In this document: positions 22,673 through 38,106 of the stretch, piece by piece
Numbering within the stretch: the first letter of the stretch is position 1
Layout of the letters: each line of letters opens with the position of its first letter
NCBI RefSeq assembly: GCF_006345805.1
Contig: NC_043006.1
Coordinates: 2,046,001-2,110,000 of the forward strand
Direction of reading: 5' to 3'
From: Octopus sinensis
Lineage: Eukaryota
DNA: 64,000 nt
Made by a program: the position numbers and the translations under genes
Notes under the pieces: generated by a model
The model's input: only the letters and a program-made list of their open reading frames with translations
What the model was told of the DNA's origin: nothing
The model's database searches: none

Positions 22673-25600
22673 TATATATGTATGTATATTACAAGAACTA
22701 GCTATTGCAATATACAAGAATTTGCCATTGTGTGAAAGAGAAACGACTGTGCTGGTAAGGACATGTGATGCAGATCTATACATGAAGGGTGGTGGTTGGC
22801 TGATCGTTACATGAGATACTTAACTCTGTTCCTATTTATTTTGAGGATGAAATATTTAAAAAAATTTCTTTTATTTTATGTCTATTTAAAGATTCAAAAT
22901 GGTGTCCCTGGTGGCCTTATTGCCATACGAGCCCTTGATTTAATAACAATTGCTATACCCCCAGCTTTACCAGCAGCTCTCACTGTCGGCACAGTGTTTG
23001 CACAAGCAAGACTGAAAAAAGCCTCCGTCTACTGTATTTCACCTTCCAATATCAATATTTGTGGGAACCTTGATGTCATATGCTTTGACAAGGTAAGAAA
23101 TATTTATTAACCAAATCTTTATATTTGATGTTTCGACAATTTTTACTAGTATCAACAATGCATTGAGTACCCTGATATGATTTTAGGGTGGGTGGGATTA
23201 AGGTTGAAGATGTGTAGATATTAGCATTGAAGTCCATAAAAGACTGAAAATGAATTCCATAGCATTATAGTTACGTTCTTAGTTCAAATCCCGCCGAGGT
23301 CAACTTTGCCTTTCATCCTTTCGAGGTCGATAAATAAAGTACCAGTTTCGCACTGGGATCGATGTAATCGACTTAATACCTTTGTTTGTCCCCTCTATGT
23401 TTAGCCCCTTGTGGTTAGTAAAGAAATAGGTATTTTGTCTGCCGTTACGTTCTGAGTTCAAATTCTGCCGAGGTCAACTTTGCCTTTCATCCTTTTGGGG
23501 TCGATAAATAAAGTACCAGTTATGCACTGGGGTCGATGTAATTGACTTAATACCTTTGTCTGTCCTTGTTTGTGCCCTCTATGTTTAGCCCCTTGTGGGC
23601 AATAGAGAAAAATGAATTCCATAGCATTGTAGTTCTGGATCTTCTTTTCTTCTCTAACTGTTGATGGAGGCAGTTGATAACACTGTGACACGTGTGCTTT
23701 GGGGCATTTAACCCTGTGCCATTTAAACCAGTTATATCCAGCCAAAATCTCCCACCTGTTTTCTTTTCAAACCAACCAGATCTGTCTTCTCACACCTACC
23801 CTACATTGTCATTTTAAAAATTAACAACCGCATCATCAAAATCTCAAAGCCATAAGTTAATGCATGACTAATTCAAAACAGTATGACTCTATAAGCATTA
23901 CATTTGACAAAGTGGTAGATGAACAATTCGTCGAGAGACAATTGGCTGAAAGGACAATTGATTAATCGAACAATTTGCCGAAAAGACAATATGTTGACGT
24001 TTTTTAGAAACAAGGTAAAAATTATGAAAAAGTTTCATGAGACTTACAAATAAATACAATTTATTTATAAAAAGATATTACATACAATACAACATATGAA
24101 GAAAGCACAAAAAGTTTTGTTAGTCTTACAAATAGAAATATAGAGGTCACATACAATTATGGGCACATGCCCTTAATTAATTGCCTTGAATCATCATCAT
24201 CATCATCGTTTAATGTCTGCTTTCCATGCTAGCATGGGTTGGACGATTTGACTGAGGGCTGGCGAACCAGATGGCTGCACCAGGCTTCAATCTTGATCTG
24301 GGAGAGTTTCTGCAGCTGGATGCCCTTCCTAATGCCAACCACTCCGTGAGTGTAGTGGGTGTTTTTTACGTGCCAGACGGGGCTGGCAAACGGCCACGGT
24401 CGGATGGTGCTTTTTATGTGCCACCGACACGGGGGCCAGGCGAGGCTGACAACATCATTGTTAATAACCTAGACATCTTTCTCTTGCTGTTGCTGACCCT
24501 CAGATATAGATAAACCAAAAATTGTGCCTATTGAAAATAAGAACCACTTGTTGGTTGTATTGATATATTTCCATCTTTTATCTTTTATTTGTTCCAATCA
24601 CTTGACTATCCTTGCATTTGATTGTCTCAAAAATATAAAACATGTCCAAACCAAACACTTTCTAATTGAATTTTCTTCTTTTCAGACTGGGACTCTCACA
24701 GAAGATGGACTCAACTTAAGATGTGTTGTTCCTTGCCAGAACAATGTGTAAGCTCTTTCTTTCATCATTTTACTTCAGCTTTTCTGTGTTGGCTTGGGTT
24801 AGATGGCTTCTTTGTTAAGACCAAGAGAATTATAGTAGGTTAAAAACTGCACCCTCATTAACACCTACCAGCATATTAAATTCATCATTAAGCTCATTGT
24901 TAACTCCAGTTCTGCTGACAGTACGTTCCGCAAGTCATTCATCTGTCTCTAGATTCTATTCTAGTGCCCATCAGAGCATAGAGCCTGATATCCTGTCAAA
25001 AGCCTTTTCTAGGTTTAAAAATGCTATACAAATGGTATACAAATGGTATACAATAGGTATACATAGTGGTTTCCTTTCGGCTAAGAACTTCTCCTGTAGT
25101 TGCTTCATTAAGATAAAGACATGTGGTTCCACATTCTATCAACATCATTTTTACATCTCCTTTCATGTTTGCACGCATTTGAAGAGTCTCAAATTGTCTT
25201 AGCCTTTTTTTTTATATGCCTTGTCACTTGGCAAACAGAGCAATAGAAATAAAGCCACCATGCTTTCTATTGGTCTACTTTCACTATTGGAGACCCCAAG
25301 CACTTTGTGATGTGGACTTTGTGCCAAAGGCATTAAAATAGTTTTTCACAACAATACCAAAGTGTTCCCTTTATCTTTGACCATTTTTTGTATTTAGCAT
25401 TACTACTCTCCAAGATGGGTTGCCCATGCTGCAGTGTCTGTATTTTCTCCATTTTTTACCTTCCAATTTTTTATTTCTTGCAAATATATACATATATATT
25501 TGCAAGGAGTGGCTGTGTGGTAACTAGCTTGCTAACCAACCACATGGTTCTGGGTTCAGTCCCACTGCGTGGCATCTTGGGCAAGTATCTTCTGCTATAG

Positions 25601-28600
25601 CCCCGCGCCGACCAATGCCTTGTGAGTGGATTTGGTAGACGGAAACTGAAAGAAGCCTGTCGTATATATGTATATATATGTATATATGTGTGTTTGTGTG
25701 TGTGTGTGTGTTTGTCCCCCTAGCATTGCTTGACAACCGATGCTGGTGTGTTTACGTCCCCGTCACTTAGCGGTTCGGCAAAAGAGACCGATAGAATAAG
25801 TACTGGGCTTACAAAGAATAAGTCCCGGGGTCGAATTGCTCGACTAAAGGCGGTGCTCCAGCATGGCCGCAGTCAAATGACTGAAACAAGTAAAAGAGTA
25901 AAAGAGAGAGTATATATAAATGACTTGTAATGTTATAGGGCATTTCAAAGGCAGTGACAATGGAGTGATCTCCTGTTGCCTTCTCTGGGTAGACATGATG
26001 TGTAAGGTTTGAATAAATGGCTTTTGATTGGTGGATCAGATTATCTTAGGAATATTAGCAATATGAATTGAAACAGCTTCAAATAAAAAGCAGTAGCCAT
26101 GCTCAATATGCAGAAAACTTCCACTTCTGCAATACCAGCTTTGCCTTATGACTCTGTAGAACTATTTTCAAAATTTATATATGCTCCAGTTGGAGCATTT
26201 AATCCCAATACTTTGAGCTAATGACACATCTGTCAACTATACAGTGCTCCTACTGTTTGCAACAGTGAACTGTGCTTTCTTGAGGTATCTTGCTATGACG
26301 AGGTGGACAAAATGAGAAATGGCTGTAGGTCTTTTGCTTGAGTCAGCATGATGCTGGTCAGCGAGCACTGCATTGGTTACATCAACGAGGGTTCCAGTTG
26401 ATCTGATCAACAGAATGGCCTGCTCGCGAAATTAACATGCAAGTGGCTGAGCACTCCACAGACATGCATACCGTTAATGTAATTCTGAGAGATTCAGCAG
26501 AACACAGAATGTGACAAGGCCGGCTCTTTGAATTGCTGGTACAACTTGTTTTTGCCAACTGAGTGGATGGGAACAATATGAAATAAATTGTCTTTTTTTT
26601 GAGGACTCAATGCGCTACCAGGAATTGAACTCAGGAACTGAATTATGATCTGAATACCCGAACCACTGAGCGACACACCTTCTGTATGATGCTGGTGGTT
26701 GGTAGGATATAAAACTTCAGTTATATAGACAGAATATCAGCCTTTTAATCACTTGACTTGCTGTAACTGTCCATTGTCTGTGTGTCCATCATCGTTTCTC
26801 TGTTTCCCTCCCACGCTGTCTGTCCGTCCCTCCCTCCCCACCCTCTTCAATATATTTTCTATCAAACGTTGACATATACAAAAATTCAACATTCACTTAT
26901 TTACCAATGTAATTTGTGTCTTTTATTATTTCTCCAGCTTTAGTCCTGAAGACTTTTTGGAAGAGTCTCTTCCCAAAGGGTTAATGCTGCATTGTATGGC
27001 AACCTGCCATTCCTTGATGGTCATTAACAATGAGCTGTCGGGGGACCCTATTGATTTAATCATGTTTGAAGCATCAAACTGGGTGAGTTTTGTTTTCTAA
27101 TTGTTATACATTGTGTGTTCTTCTCCAGTAACCGTTTCACTGAAGCTCTTCCTTTATAACTGCACCAAATTAACTTCTCTATGTTAACTAAATAATATAT
27201 GCTAACTAATGAAGAGTTGTTTCTCAATATATCATCATCATTATCATCATCGCTGTTTAATGTCTGCTTTCCATGCTGGCATATGTTGGACGATTTGACT
27301 GAGGACTGGTGAACCAGATGGTTGCACCAGGCTCCAATCTGATCTGGCAGATGCCCTTCCTAATGCCAACCACTCCAAGAGTGTAGTGGGTGCTTTTATG
27401 TGCCACCGACATGAGGGCCAGTCTGGCAGTACTGGCAACGGCCACGCTCAAATGGTGTTTTTTACGTACCACCTGCATAGGAGCCAGTCCAGTGGCACTG
27501 GCAACGACCTCGCTCGAATGTCTTTTCACCTGCCAGTGAGGCAATGCTGGTAATGATCACGCTTGAATGGTGCTTTTTACGCTTGAATGGTGCATGGAAG
27601 CCAGTTAGCTGCTCTGGCAACGATCAAACTCGGATGGTGCTATTAGGGATCCACTGGCACAGATGCCAGTCATCGAATGACATTAACGATGAACCAAAGA
27701 GTGAGCTTGGCATTAGCAAAAGTCAAGGTACTCTATTCATCACCATCATTTAACATCCGTTTTCCCTGCTGGCATGGGTTGGGTGTTTGACCGGAACTAG
27801 CTGGCTGGGGGGGGGGGGCGCACCAGACTCTGTTTTGACATGATTTCTACAGCTGGATGCTCTTCCTAACACCAGTCACTTTACAGAGTGTTCTGGAAGC
27901 TTTTACGCGGTGTTAGCATTGGTGCTTTTCATGTGGCACCAGCACCGGTGCTTTTCATGTGGCACCAGCACCGGTGCTTTTCATGTGGCACCAGCACCGG
28001 TGCTTTTCATGTGGCACCAGCACCGGTGCTTTTTACGTGCCAGTGGCACAGGTGCTCCTTATGTAGTGTGCTTTTATACATGGTGCCAACATGGGTGCCT
28101 CTTACGTCACACTGGCACAGGTGTTTTTTTATATAGCGTCAACACCCGTCGATGGTTGGCATTGCCATCCAGGTGTTTCTGATGGGGTGGCAGGGTGTGT
28201 GAAGTAGAATTGGTTGAAAGTGTGAAACACCTGAATAAATGTTTCTCAGTATTTTGTTTCATTCTTCATTGTTACAAGTTCAAATCCCACTGGGGTTAAT
28301 GTTTGCCTTTCACAGCTTTGGGACAGTGAAACAAGACCTTGTAATGTACTGGACTGAAACAAGTCCATCCTGTCACTCTGTGCCTCAAATGGAAATTCAT
28401 AATTTAAAGAAATACAAATGCTATTTCATATGGTGCTATTTAATTACTATAGTATAACTTTATTTTGATCCTTTTACTGTGGAAATCACATTCATCCACT
28501 CAAAATTTCATTATTCCTGACTGCAGAAAACAACCTTATACACCAATCTGTCTTTTGTTGAAGAATGTAATGTTTGAAGTTATTTCTTGTTGAGATATGT

Positions 28601-28736
28601 CAAGTTTACTGAGGCAACGGGACTTTTGTTGAAGGTCAGTTTGGTTTCAGATCTGCTGGGATTTGTTTGTCATCCTGCAAAGATTTATGGGTGTAGTTCC
28701 AAAAGTGTGTGGGAGAGGGGAGAGCAGAACATGGTT

Positions 28737-28770
<34 letters not shown>

Positions 28771-31700
28771 CATCTGTACATTTGTGCATGTTTATGTGAT
28801 TTAGTTGGTTCTGAGTGAGTGTATATGTTCATATATGTGTGAGTGTTTGCTTGTGTGTGTGCATTCCAGTATGTGGGTATGTGTGTGCACATCTACATGT
28901 GCATGTGGTGTGGTGGGTTTTTTGAATAGGTAAGTGTATGTGTGTATGTGTTCTCTCATGAATGTGTGTGTACATGTGTGTGTGTGTGTATGTGTGTGTT
29001 TATGCATACATGCATGCATAAGCACACATACAAATGCAAGAACTCACAACCGCACACATCCATGCAAACACAGAGGCACATGCATAGATGCACGCTTATG
29101 TAGGAACACGTAAGCAAAGCCTCACTCACTGAGCCAACTAAACCACACAAACAACCACACTCGACCATACACTGGTGCACGCTGGCAGACACACACACAC
29201 ATATACACACAGATACAAATATGACTGAAGACACACACACACACACACACCCCCCTACCCTGGCTTTAGTGAGGTCACTAAGTGGCTTGCAAGACCAGGA
29301 TCCCTCGATTGTGTCGGCTGTAATGTAGAGGGTGTTGGCTTATGCCTGGTGTTAGGGACAAGTGTCTTGCTGTAGGGTGGGGCAGATACATGACTCTCAG
29401 TTGGAAAAGGAGAGAAAGTGGTGGTGGTGATGAGGAGGTCATAGGATGCACCCTTAATGTACAAGAGGGTGAATGTGAGGGGCATGAGGATGGAGGAACA
29501 GGTGAGGGGGCAGAGGGTCAGGTAAGTTTGCAAGGGTGTGATGTGAGCAACAGGAGAGGGAGGGAAATATAGGGATGTGGGTGATGAAGTGAACGGCAAA
29601 CAAGGAAGGGAGCATGGTCAGTGGTCAAGTAGAATCAGTCTAATCACTCTCAATATATTATTATTTGTGGCTGTGTAGTAAGAAGCTCGTTTCCCAACCA
29701 CATGGTTCTGAGTTCAGTCCTACTGTGTGGCACCTTGGGTAAGTGTCTTCTGCTATAGCCTCGGGTCGAACAAAACTTTGTGAGTGGATTTGGTTGAGGG
29801 AAACTGAGAAAAGCCCAAAGCCCATTGTGTGGCTGTGTGGTAAGTAGCTTGCTTACCAACCATATGGTTCCAGGTTCAGTCCCACTGCGTGACACCTTGG
29901 GCAAGTGTCTTCTACAATAGCCTCGGGCCGACCAAAGCCTTGTGAGTGGATTTGGTAGACAGAAACTGAAAGAAGCTCGTCGTATATATATATGTGTGTG
30001 TGTATGTTTGTGTGTCAGTGTTTGTCCCCCCAACATCTCTTGAAAACTGATGCTGGTGTGTTTATGTTCCTGTAACTTAGCGATTCGACAAAAGAGATTG
30101 ATAGAATAAGTACTAGGCTTACAAAGAATAAGTCATGGGGTCGATTAAAGGTGGTGCTCCAGCATGGCCACAGTCAAAATGACTGAAACCAATAAAAGAG
30201 TATATGTGTGTGTGTGTGCATGTCCCCGACCACTTGAGGACGACTGGGGTTTGGTATGTTTACATCCCTGTAACTTAGCGGTTCAGCAAAAGAGATCAAT
30301 AGAATGTGTATCAGACTTGAAAAGAAATAAGTATAGGGGTTTATTCATGCAACTAAAAATTCTCCAAAGCAGGACCCCAGCGTGGCTGCAGTCTGGTGAC
30401 TGGTGACTGATGACTGATCTTTAAACCATGACAAAATGAAAAACAAGTCAACCCTGATAGGATTTCAACTCAGAATATGGGATATAAAACTTTTTATTTT
30501 TGTGTTTTACCATTTCTATAAATTGTCTATAAATAATGTAATAATAATAATAAAAATAACATTTATTTTGTTTCCTTGTATTTTTAGGAATTGAAAGAAC
30601 CTGGAGAAGAAGAGACCCGTTTTGATATGATGGCACCAACCATTGTTGCACCAAGATCATCGCCTCTAAATGGAATCAACAAAGATTCTTCAGAGGTAGG
30701 TTCCAATGGCTCAAAAGAACCACCTTACAGTACTGCTCACTTATCAGGGATATTGATGCTGCTGCCCCCCCCCCTCCCCTAACGTGTTTGCGAGGCTTCG
30801 TCAGTCAAGAGGAGTTAGAAGCTTCTGTGAAGGAGTTCTTCACATTGAAGGAGAAGGACTGGTGGTCTGCGTTGGATCAAAGAACTGGCAGAAGGGTGGC
30901 TTCAGACGGTGCCACACAATGGCCTCCACTTTGAGTGCCAGTCTGCTTTTGTTGCAAATTGACAAATAAAAACAAATAGGCTACCAAAATAAGGCAAAAC
31001 TTTTGACTCAACCCATCATCATCATCATCATCATCATCGTGGCCAATGCCAGCTCCTCTGTCACCTGTGTTGGTGGCACGTAAAAAGCACCCACTACACT
31101 CTTGGAGTGGTTGGTGTTAGGAAGGGCATCCAGCTGTAGAAACACTGCCAGATCAGATGGGGGCCTGGTACAGCCTCCTGGCTTCCCAGGCTCCAGTTGA
31201 ACCATCCAACCCATGCTAGCATGGAAAATGGACGTTAAACGATGATATATATATATATATAAATCATTTATCTTCTCTTCTGGTTTCAGCTCAGGGCTGG
31301 GCTCATGGCTGGTGCACGACCTGTAGTTGCTCGGTGTTGTTTCCAGTATTGTATTTGCTTTTTATGTGCCACCGGCACGGAACCCAGTCAAGGTGGCACT
31401 GGCATCAGCCATGTTCGGATGGTGCTTTTTACGTGCCTCCGGCACAGAGGTCACGATTACAGTTTCCATATGATAGTAATTTGATTTGATTTTGATACTG
31501 AAGTTGATGTTGATGTACTTGACTCACTAGGTCTCCTCAACCACGGCATGTCGCCCTACGATCCAAGGTACTTTTGAGTGGGCTGATTATGCAACACTGG
31601 TGTAGGTTACAGCTGTGAACTCACTTTATTTGCCAGGTCTTCTCAGTCACAGCATATCTCCAGAGGTCTTGGTCTTTTATCATTGCCCCTGTGAGGCCCA

Positions 31701-32779
31701 ACGTTTGAAGGTCATGCCTCACCACCTCACTCCATGTCTTCTTGGGTCTCCCTCTACCCCGGATTCCTTCCACTGTTAGGGAGTGGCACATCTTCATACA
31801 GCTCTCCTCAGCCATCTGCAGTACATGACCATACCAAAGCAAACATCTCTCTTGCACACCACATCCCATGCTTCTTATGTCCAACATTTCTCTCAGGGCG
31901 CTTACACTCTGTCATGTGTGTACAATGACATTAAGCATCTAGCAGATCATGCTAGCTTCATTTCTTTTGAGCCTGTGCATGTCTTCAGCAGTCACGGCCC
32001 ATGTTTTACTGCCGTGAAGCATGGCAGTTTGCACACATGCATCGTACAATCTACCTTTCACTCTAAGGGAGAGGCCCTTTGTCACCAATAGGGGTAGAAA
32101 CTTTCTGAACTTTGCCCAGGCTATTCTTATTCTAATGGCAACAGTCTCTGAGCATCCACCTCCACTACAGACTTGGTCGTCTAGGTAGTGGAAACTATCA
32201 ACTACTTCTAGTTTCTCCCCTTGTCATGTGATGGAATCTGTTTTCTGAGCATCTGTGGTGTTTATTGCCCCTGTGCATCAGCTGCACATGAAAGCTATCT
32301 TCCCAGTTAATCTTCCTTTGATGTTGCTGCACCTCTTATGTGTCCATAGCTTACACTGGGTACATCTTATGGAGTTTCTACTTACACTTTTTCTACAGAT
32401 CGAGCAGGGCCGCCACCTACCTGAAGGGGTGTGTGATGACTTTTCCCTCTGCAGTGATGGAACACTTAGCTTATGGAATCCTTACTCAATATCATGATCC
32501 ACATGCTTGCCTATTCTAGAAACAGCTGTAAAGAGACTCTATCTGTTTATATTCTCTATGTTTTTTTTGAGTGATGCCCAAATGTTTTGGTTTCTCATTT
32601 TATATTTTTAATATATATATATAGATATGTATGTACATATATATATGTATCTGAGACCCCCATTGGTCACAACATAGACCATGTGATTGCACGCAGCCTG
32701 GTCCAGGATTCAAGCTCACAACCTCACGATCATAAGCTCGACGCTCTAACCACTGAGCAATGCTCCTTCACTATATACA

Positions 32780-32831
<52 letters not shown>

Positions 32832-35800
32832 AAATATTTGGATAAAGTGTATGAATGAGATGTGTTCTTCTGGCCCTCACATTCCTTACATATAGCTGCA
32901 TTTATTTATTTATATGCACTGTACACACTTACATTATATCCTAAAAAAACAAAAAACAGAAGACCCTACAAATTTTAACCTAGTTATCTTCTAGTAACAA
33001 CATTGTTTGGTTTGGTTGTTGAGTGGAAGACATTTGTGCAGTCGACAAAAGAAACGACCCACAACTGAAACAGCTGGTGTGAATCAATTTTTATAGATTA
33101 ATCCAAGTCTCACGGAGGAAAAGAAAGAAACACAGATATTTACTTTTCAAATGTCAGCATTAATTTAAGCCCTACATTTCATACAATAAGGCTTCTTGAG
33201 TATATGATATGGTGTGTGTGTGTGTGTGTGTGGGGGTTGTGTGTCTATGACAGCAGCTACACAAAAGCACAGAGGACGGTTGATTCCTCTCTGTTTTTCT
33301 TTTCTGAGACAAATAACAGAAAGTAAAAAAGAAATTTCAAAAAGTAAAGGGATAAATAGAGAAAAATCAATACTCAAGTTAACACTCACACTCACACACA
33401 TAGGAGCACACATCATCCATACAGACATGCACACATGCGTACATGTGTGTGGTGACACATGTACACATGCATCGCACACACGTGCACTCACAGAGTGTCT
33501 TCAGTGATGCATCAGTATTAATAATAACGGCTTCCAAGTTTAAGCACAAAGCTAGCAATGTTAAGGGTCAGGGTTTGTAGTCAGTTACATTGACCCCATT
33601 ACATGACAGGTGCTTATTTTATCAGCTCTGAAAGGGTGAAGGGCAAAACTGACTTTGGGGAATTACATCAGAATGTAAAGAGTTGGAAAAATACCACTAA
33701 ACCTTCTGTCCGATGTGCTAACAATTTTGCCACAAGAACAAAGGATGAAGGAACATTACAAGTATAAATTTGTAATGTATCTATATATATACATTATATA
33801 TATATATATAGGCGCAGGAGTGGCTGTGTGGTAAGTAGCTTGCTAACCAACCACATGGTTCGGGGTTCAGTCCCACTGCGTGGCATCTTGGGTAAGTGTC
33901 TTCTGCTATAGCCCCGGGCTGACCAATGCCTTGTGAGTGGATTTGGTTGACGGAAACTGAAAGAAGCCTGTCGTATATATAAAGTTAATCCAAACAAGAA
34001 AAACAAAAAAGACAACAACGCAAAAGGTGGAACAATTAAAGTATTATTAGGCGCTCAGGAAAAAAGGGAAGAAGGAGGGTATATATGTATGTGTGTGTGT
34101 GTGTGTGTTTGTGTGTCTGTGTTTGTCCCCCTAGCATTGCTTGACAACCGATGCTGGTGTGTTTATGTCCCTGTCACTTAGCGGTTCGGCAAAAGAGACC
34201 GATAGAATAAGTACTGGGCTTACAAAGAATAAGTCCCGGGGTCAAGTTGCTCGATTAAAGGCGGTGCTCCAGCATGGCCATAGTCAAATGACTGAAACAA
34301 GTAAAAGAGTAAAAAAAAAAGAGAGAGAGAGAGAGTATACACACATGCATATATGGGTAGAGGGCGTCACCAACGGTGCAAATAACATGAAATGCATAAA
34401 CAAATGAGTAGAATATGTAAACAATGAGAAAAAAAAGAGAAAACAGGACAAGTTGACAGAGAGAAAGCCCTCGTCCACCAATTGTCGGCTGCCCATTGTC
34501 AACAGGGAACATAAGATGATGACAAAGGCTGGTTCCAGCTGATCTGATCTACTGAAAGATCTGTTCATAGAATCAATGTGCAAGTAACTGAGCACTCCAC
34601 AGACACACAGACCCTTAATGTAGTTCTCAGGGAGATTCAGTGTGCCAAGGCTGGCCCTTTGCAAGGCGGCGAGCTGGCAGAAACGTTAGCACGCCGGGTG
34701 AAATGTTTAGCGGTATTTTGTCTGCCGCTATGTTCTGAGTTCAAATTCCACCGAGGTTGACTTTGCCTTTCATCCTTTCAGGGTTGATTAAATAAGTACC
34801 AGTTACACACTGGGGTCGATATAATCGACTTAATCCCTTTGTCTGTCCTTGTTTGTCCCCTCTGTATGTAGCCCTTTGTGGGCAGTAAAGAAATAAACTG
34901 GCCCTTTGAAATACATGTACAACTCACTTTTGCCAGATGAGCTGACTGGAGTAATATGAAATTAAGTGTCTTGCTCAAGGACTCAATGTGCCACCTGGAA
35001 TTGAACTCATGACATTACAACCACGTGCTGTATACCGTAACCATTAAGCCACATGCCTTCACCATATTTAGATACGCTATATCTTTTTTTTTTTACACAT
35101 GCCACCGGCACAGGTGCCAGTAAGGCGACGTTGGTAACAATCACACTCAAATGGTGCCCTTTTATGTGCCACGGTACGGGGGCCAGTCAGGCAGTACTGG
35201 CAATGGCCTCGCTCAAATCTTTTTACACATGCCACTGGCACAGGTGCCGGTGAGGCGACGTTGGTAACGAAGCAATGTTGGTAACGAAGGTGACATTGGT
35301 AATGTCTGAAAACAATTATGTAAAGATCACTGATGGAATACTTTTGATTGTAGGTCTAGTGGGTCATATCTGGCCTTGGGTTAAACAGCGTCAGCAATGA
35401 GAGTTTCTCATAATTAAAATACCATGAGTTTAAGTGCTCAGTTAATTTAATTTTTAATTCATTATTTGCTTCTTATATTTTGGTTCCATCTCTTTTACAG
35501 ATTTCTGATCAAGAAATTGGTATCATACGCCAGTTCCCTTTCTCATCTCGACTGCAACGCATGTCTGTGATAGCTCGTAAAATTACTGCAAAGAATTTTG
35601 AAATTTATACTAAAGGTTCTCCAGAGATGGTGGCATCCCTTTGCCAGCCTGAAACAAGTAAGAACACTTTTGACTTTGCCTCGAAATATTTTAAGATATA
35701 TTATCTCGTTCGTGGCCGGTTGCCAGCTCTGTCTGGCCCCGTGTCGGTGGCACGTAAAAGCACCATCCGTTCGTGTCCGTTGCCAGCATCGCCTGACCCC

Positions 35801-38053
35801 GTGCCGGTGACACGTAAAAGCACCATCCGTTCGTGGCCGTTCGCCAGCTCTGTCTGGCACCTGTGCAGGTGGCACGTAAAAAACACCCACTACACTCGCG
35901 GAGTGGTTGGCGTTAGGAAGGGCATCCAGCTGTAGAAACACTGCCAGATCTGACTGGGCCTGACGAAGCCTTCCAGCTTCACAGACCCCAGTTGACCCGT
36001 CCAACCCATGCTAGCATGGAAAGCGGACGCTAAACGATGATGATGATGATTATATAAATTACTCGCTTTGTCCATAAGACGTTATTTCAGTAACTGGCCT
36101 ATCAAGAGTGTATCTACATTATATATGATATATAGATGGCTATTTTTTATTTAACATAGACGCAGGAGTGGCTGCGTGGTAAGTAGCTTGCTAACAAACC
36201 ACATGGTTCCGAGTTCAGTCCCACTGCATGGCACCTTGGGCAAGTGTCTTCTAGGGCTGACCAAAGCCTTATGAGTGGATTTGGTATACGGAAACTGAAA
36301 GAAGCCTGTCATATATATGTATATATATGTGTGTGTATATGTTTATTTGTCTGTGTTTATGTCCCCCAACATCGCTTGACAACCGATGCTGGTGGGTGTG
36401 TTTACGTCCCCGTAACTTAGCGGTTCGGAAAAAGAGACCGATAGAATAAGTACTGGGCTTACAAAGAATAAGTCCTGGGGTCGATTTGGTCGACTAAAGG
36501 CGGTGCTCCAGCATGACCACAGTCAAATGACTGAAACAAGTAAAAGAGAAAGAGTAACATTGCCTTAATTGTGTACACCTGATTTTTATTCAGCTGGGCA
36601 GCTTTTTGCAACATCAGTGAATGCTTTATTCATTGTTTCCTGTATCAGAGGTTACAAATTCTTGTTGGAGCATGTGGCTGGCTGTGGGTATGCTTCATTG
36701 AAAATGCCTAAAATTGGTGAAATGCATCATTCTCGCTGGTCAACCAGAACTTTGTGTGTGAATTTGGTTGACGGAAGCTGACAGAATCCTGTTGTGTATA
36801 TGTGTGTGTGTATGCTTGTGTGAGTGCATGTATGTGTGTTGCTGTCTTCTTGCTTTGTCTTTGGTTGTTAGTTGTAAACAAATGCTACCATCATGCCAGC
36901 AGAGCCCTTCATTTCCAATTTATCATGAGGAATATTACTTTACTTGGAAACAGGTAAGGTTGGCAACAGGAAGGGCATCCAGCCATAGAAAATCTGTTTC
37001 AATAACAAATTCTGTCCAACCCATGCAAGCATGGAAAAGTAGACAATAAAACAATGATGATCATGTTTTTATGTTCTTGGTTTGTTTTTTTAAAATATGC
37101 TTTAAATATTTTCAGTTCCTTATAACTTCCAAGAAGTGCTTATTAAGTTCACCAAATTTGGCTACAGGGTCCTTGCATTTGCCTATAAACCTATTAAATT
37201 AAATTACATGAGAGTTCAAAGGGTTACACGGTAAGTATTCATATTTTCCTGTTTATACAGTAATTGCTTACTCAATATATTAATTTGTTAATTAATCATA
37301 TCAATTAATTAATTGTATTAATTTGATAAATTATCTGGGAGAGATTGCTCCAGCATGGCCACAGTCTACTGACTGAAATAAGTAAAAGATAAAAGTTAAG
37401 TGTCTTTGATTATAGCCCTAGGGCTGACCAAGCTCTCACACATACATGCACACTCATACACATAAACAAACTCACACATACACTCAGCCACACACACATA
37501 CACACTCACATCCACAAGCTGAAATGAGGAACCAATTTAGAAGATTTGGTGAAGAATCATGGAAGACCATTGCGTAAGAATCCAGGATATTGCTCACGAA
37601 GTGAGAATAAACAGAGGATGAGGGCATTCCATGGAGGATTTTTGCATTCAGAGAATGTCTGAAATTCTTCCCCAAGGTAGTGGAGGACCAGCAGAAGTAA
37701 CTCTGCAGGTTAAATTGCTGGACTGTGAAAACGACGACCCAGGCTTTCTGAAGACCTGGGTTGATGGGTTCTGTTTAAAGCGTTTGATCATCTTGCATAA
37801 AAAGGAAAATTTGATGAGTACGCACTACACATCTGTACTCCAGGAGTATCAGCCAGGAACTGATGCAACCTTCCAGTATGAGAATTTTCACACACATATA
37901 CACAGGCAGGGTGATGTCTCCTCCCAGCTAAAGGATTTTGCTCATGTGGTATTAGTTTTGGAGGGGAAAAAAATCAAGTCAAATATTTTTTGAATGCACT
38001 TCATATATAACCCGTGCTAGCACGGAAAACGGACGTTAAAATGATGATGATGT

Positions 38054-38106
<53 letters not shown>

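Noticed and set aside
25503-25570. tRNA genes at SINE heads (families A, B, C)
   Set aside because: Only A/B-box-like motifs are present, with no complete cloverleaf, and each continues into a SINE body
27921-28050. CRISPR-like appearance of repeat/spacer arrays (also 35708-35880, 55070-55420, 23935-24000)
   Set aside because: Eukaryotic intronic context, no cas genes, the 'spacers' are homologous to each other, and most of the arrays derive from a retroposon UTR
30696-30782. Open frame continuing past the exon 7 donor
   Set aside because: No downstream GT donor was evident; treated as chance intronic read-through
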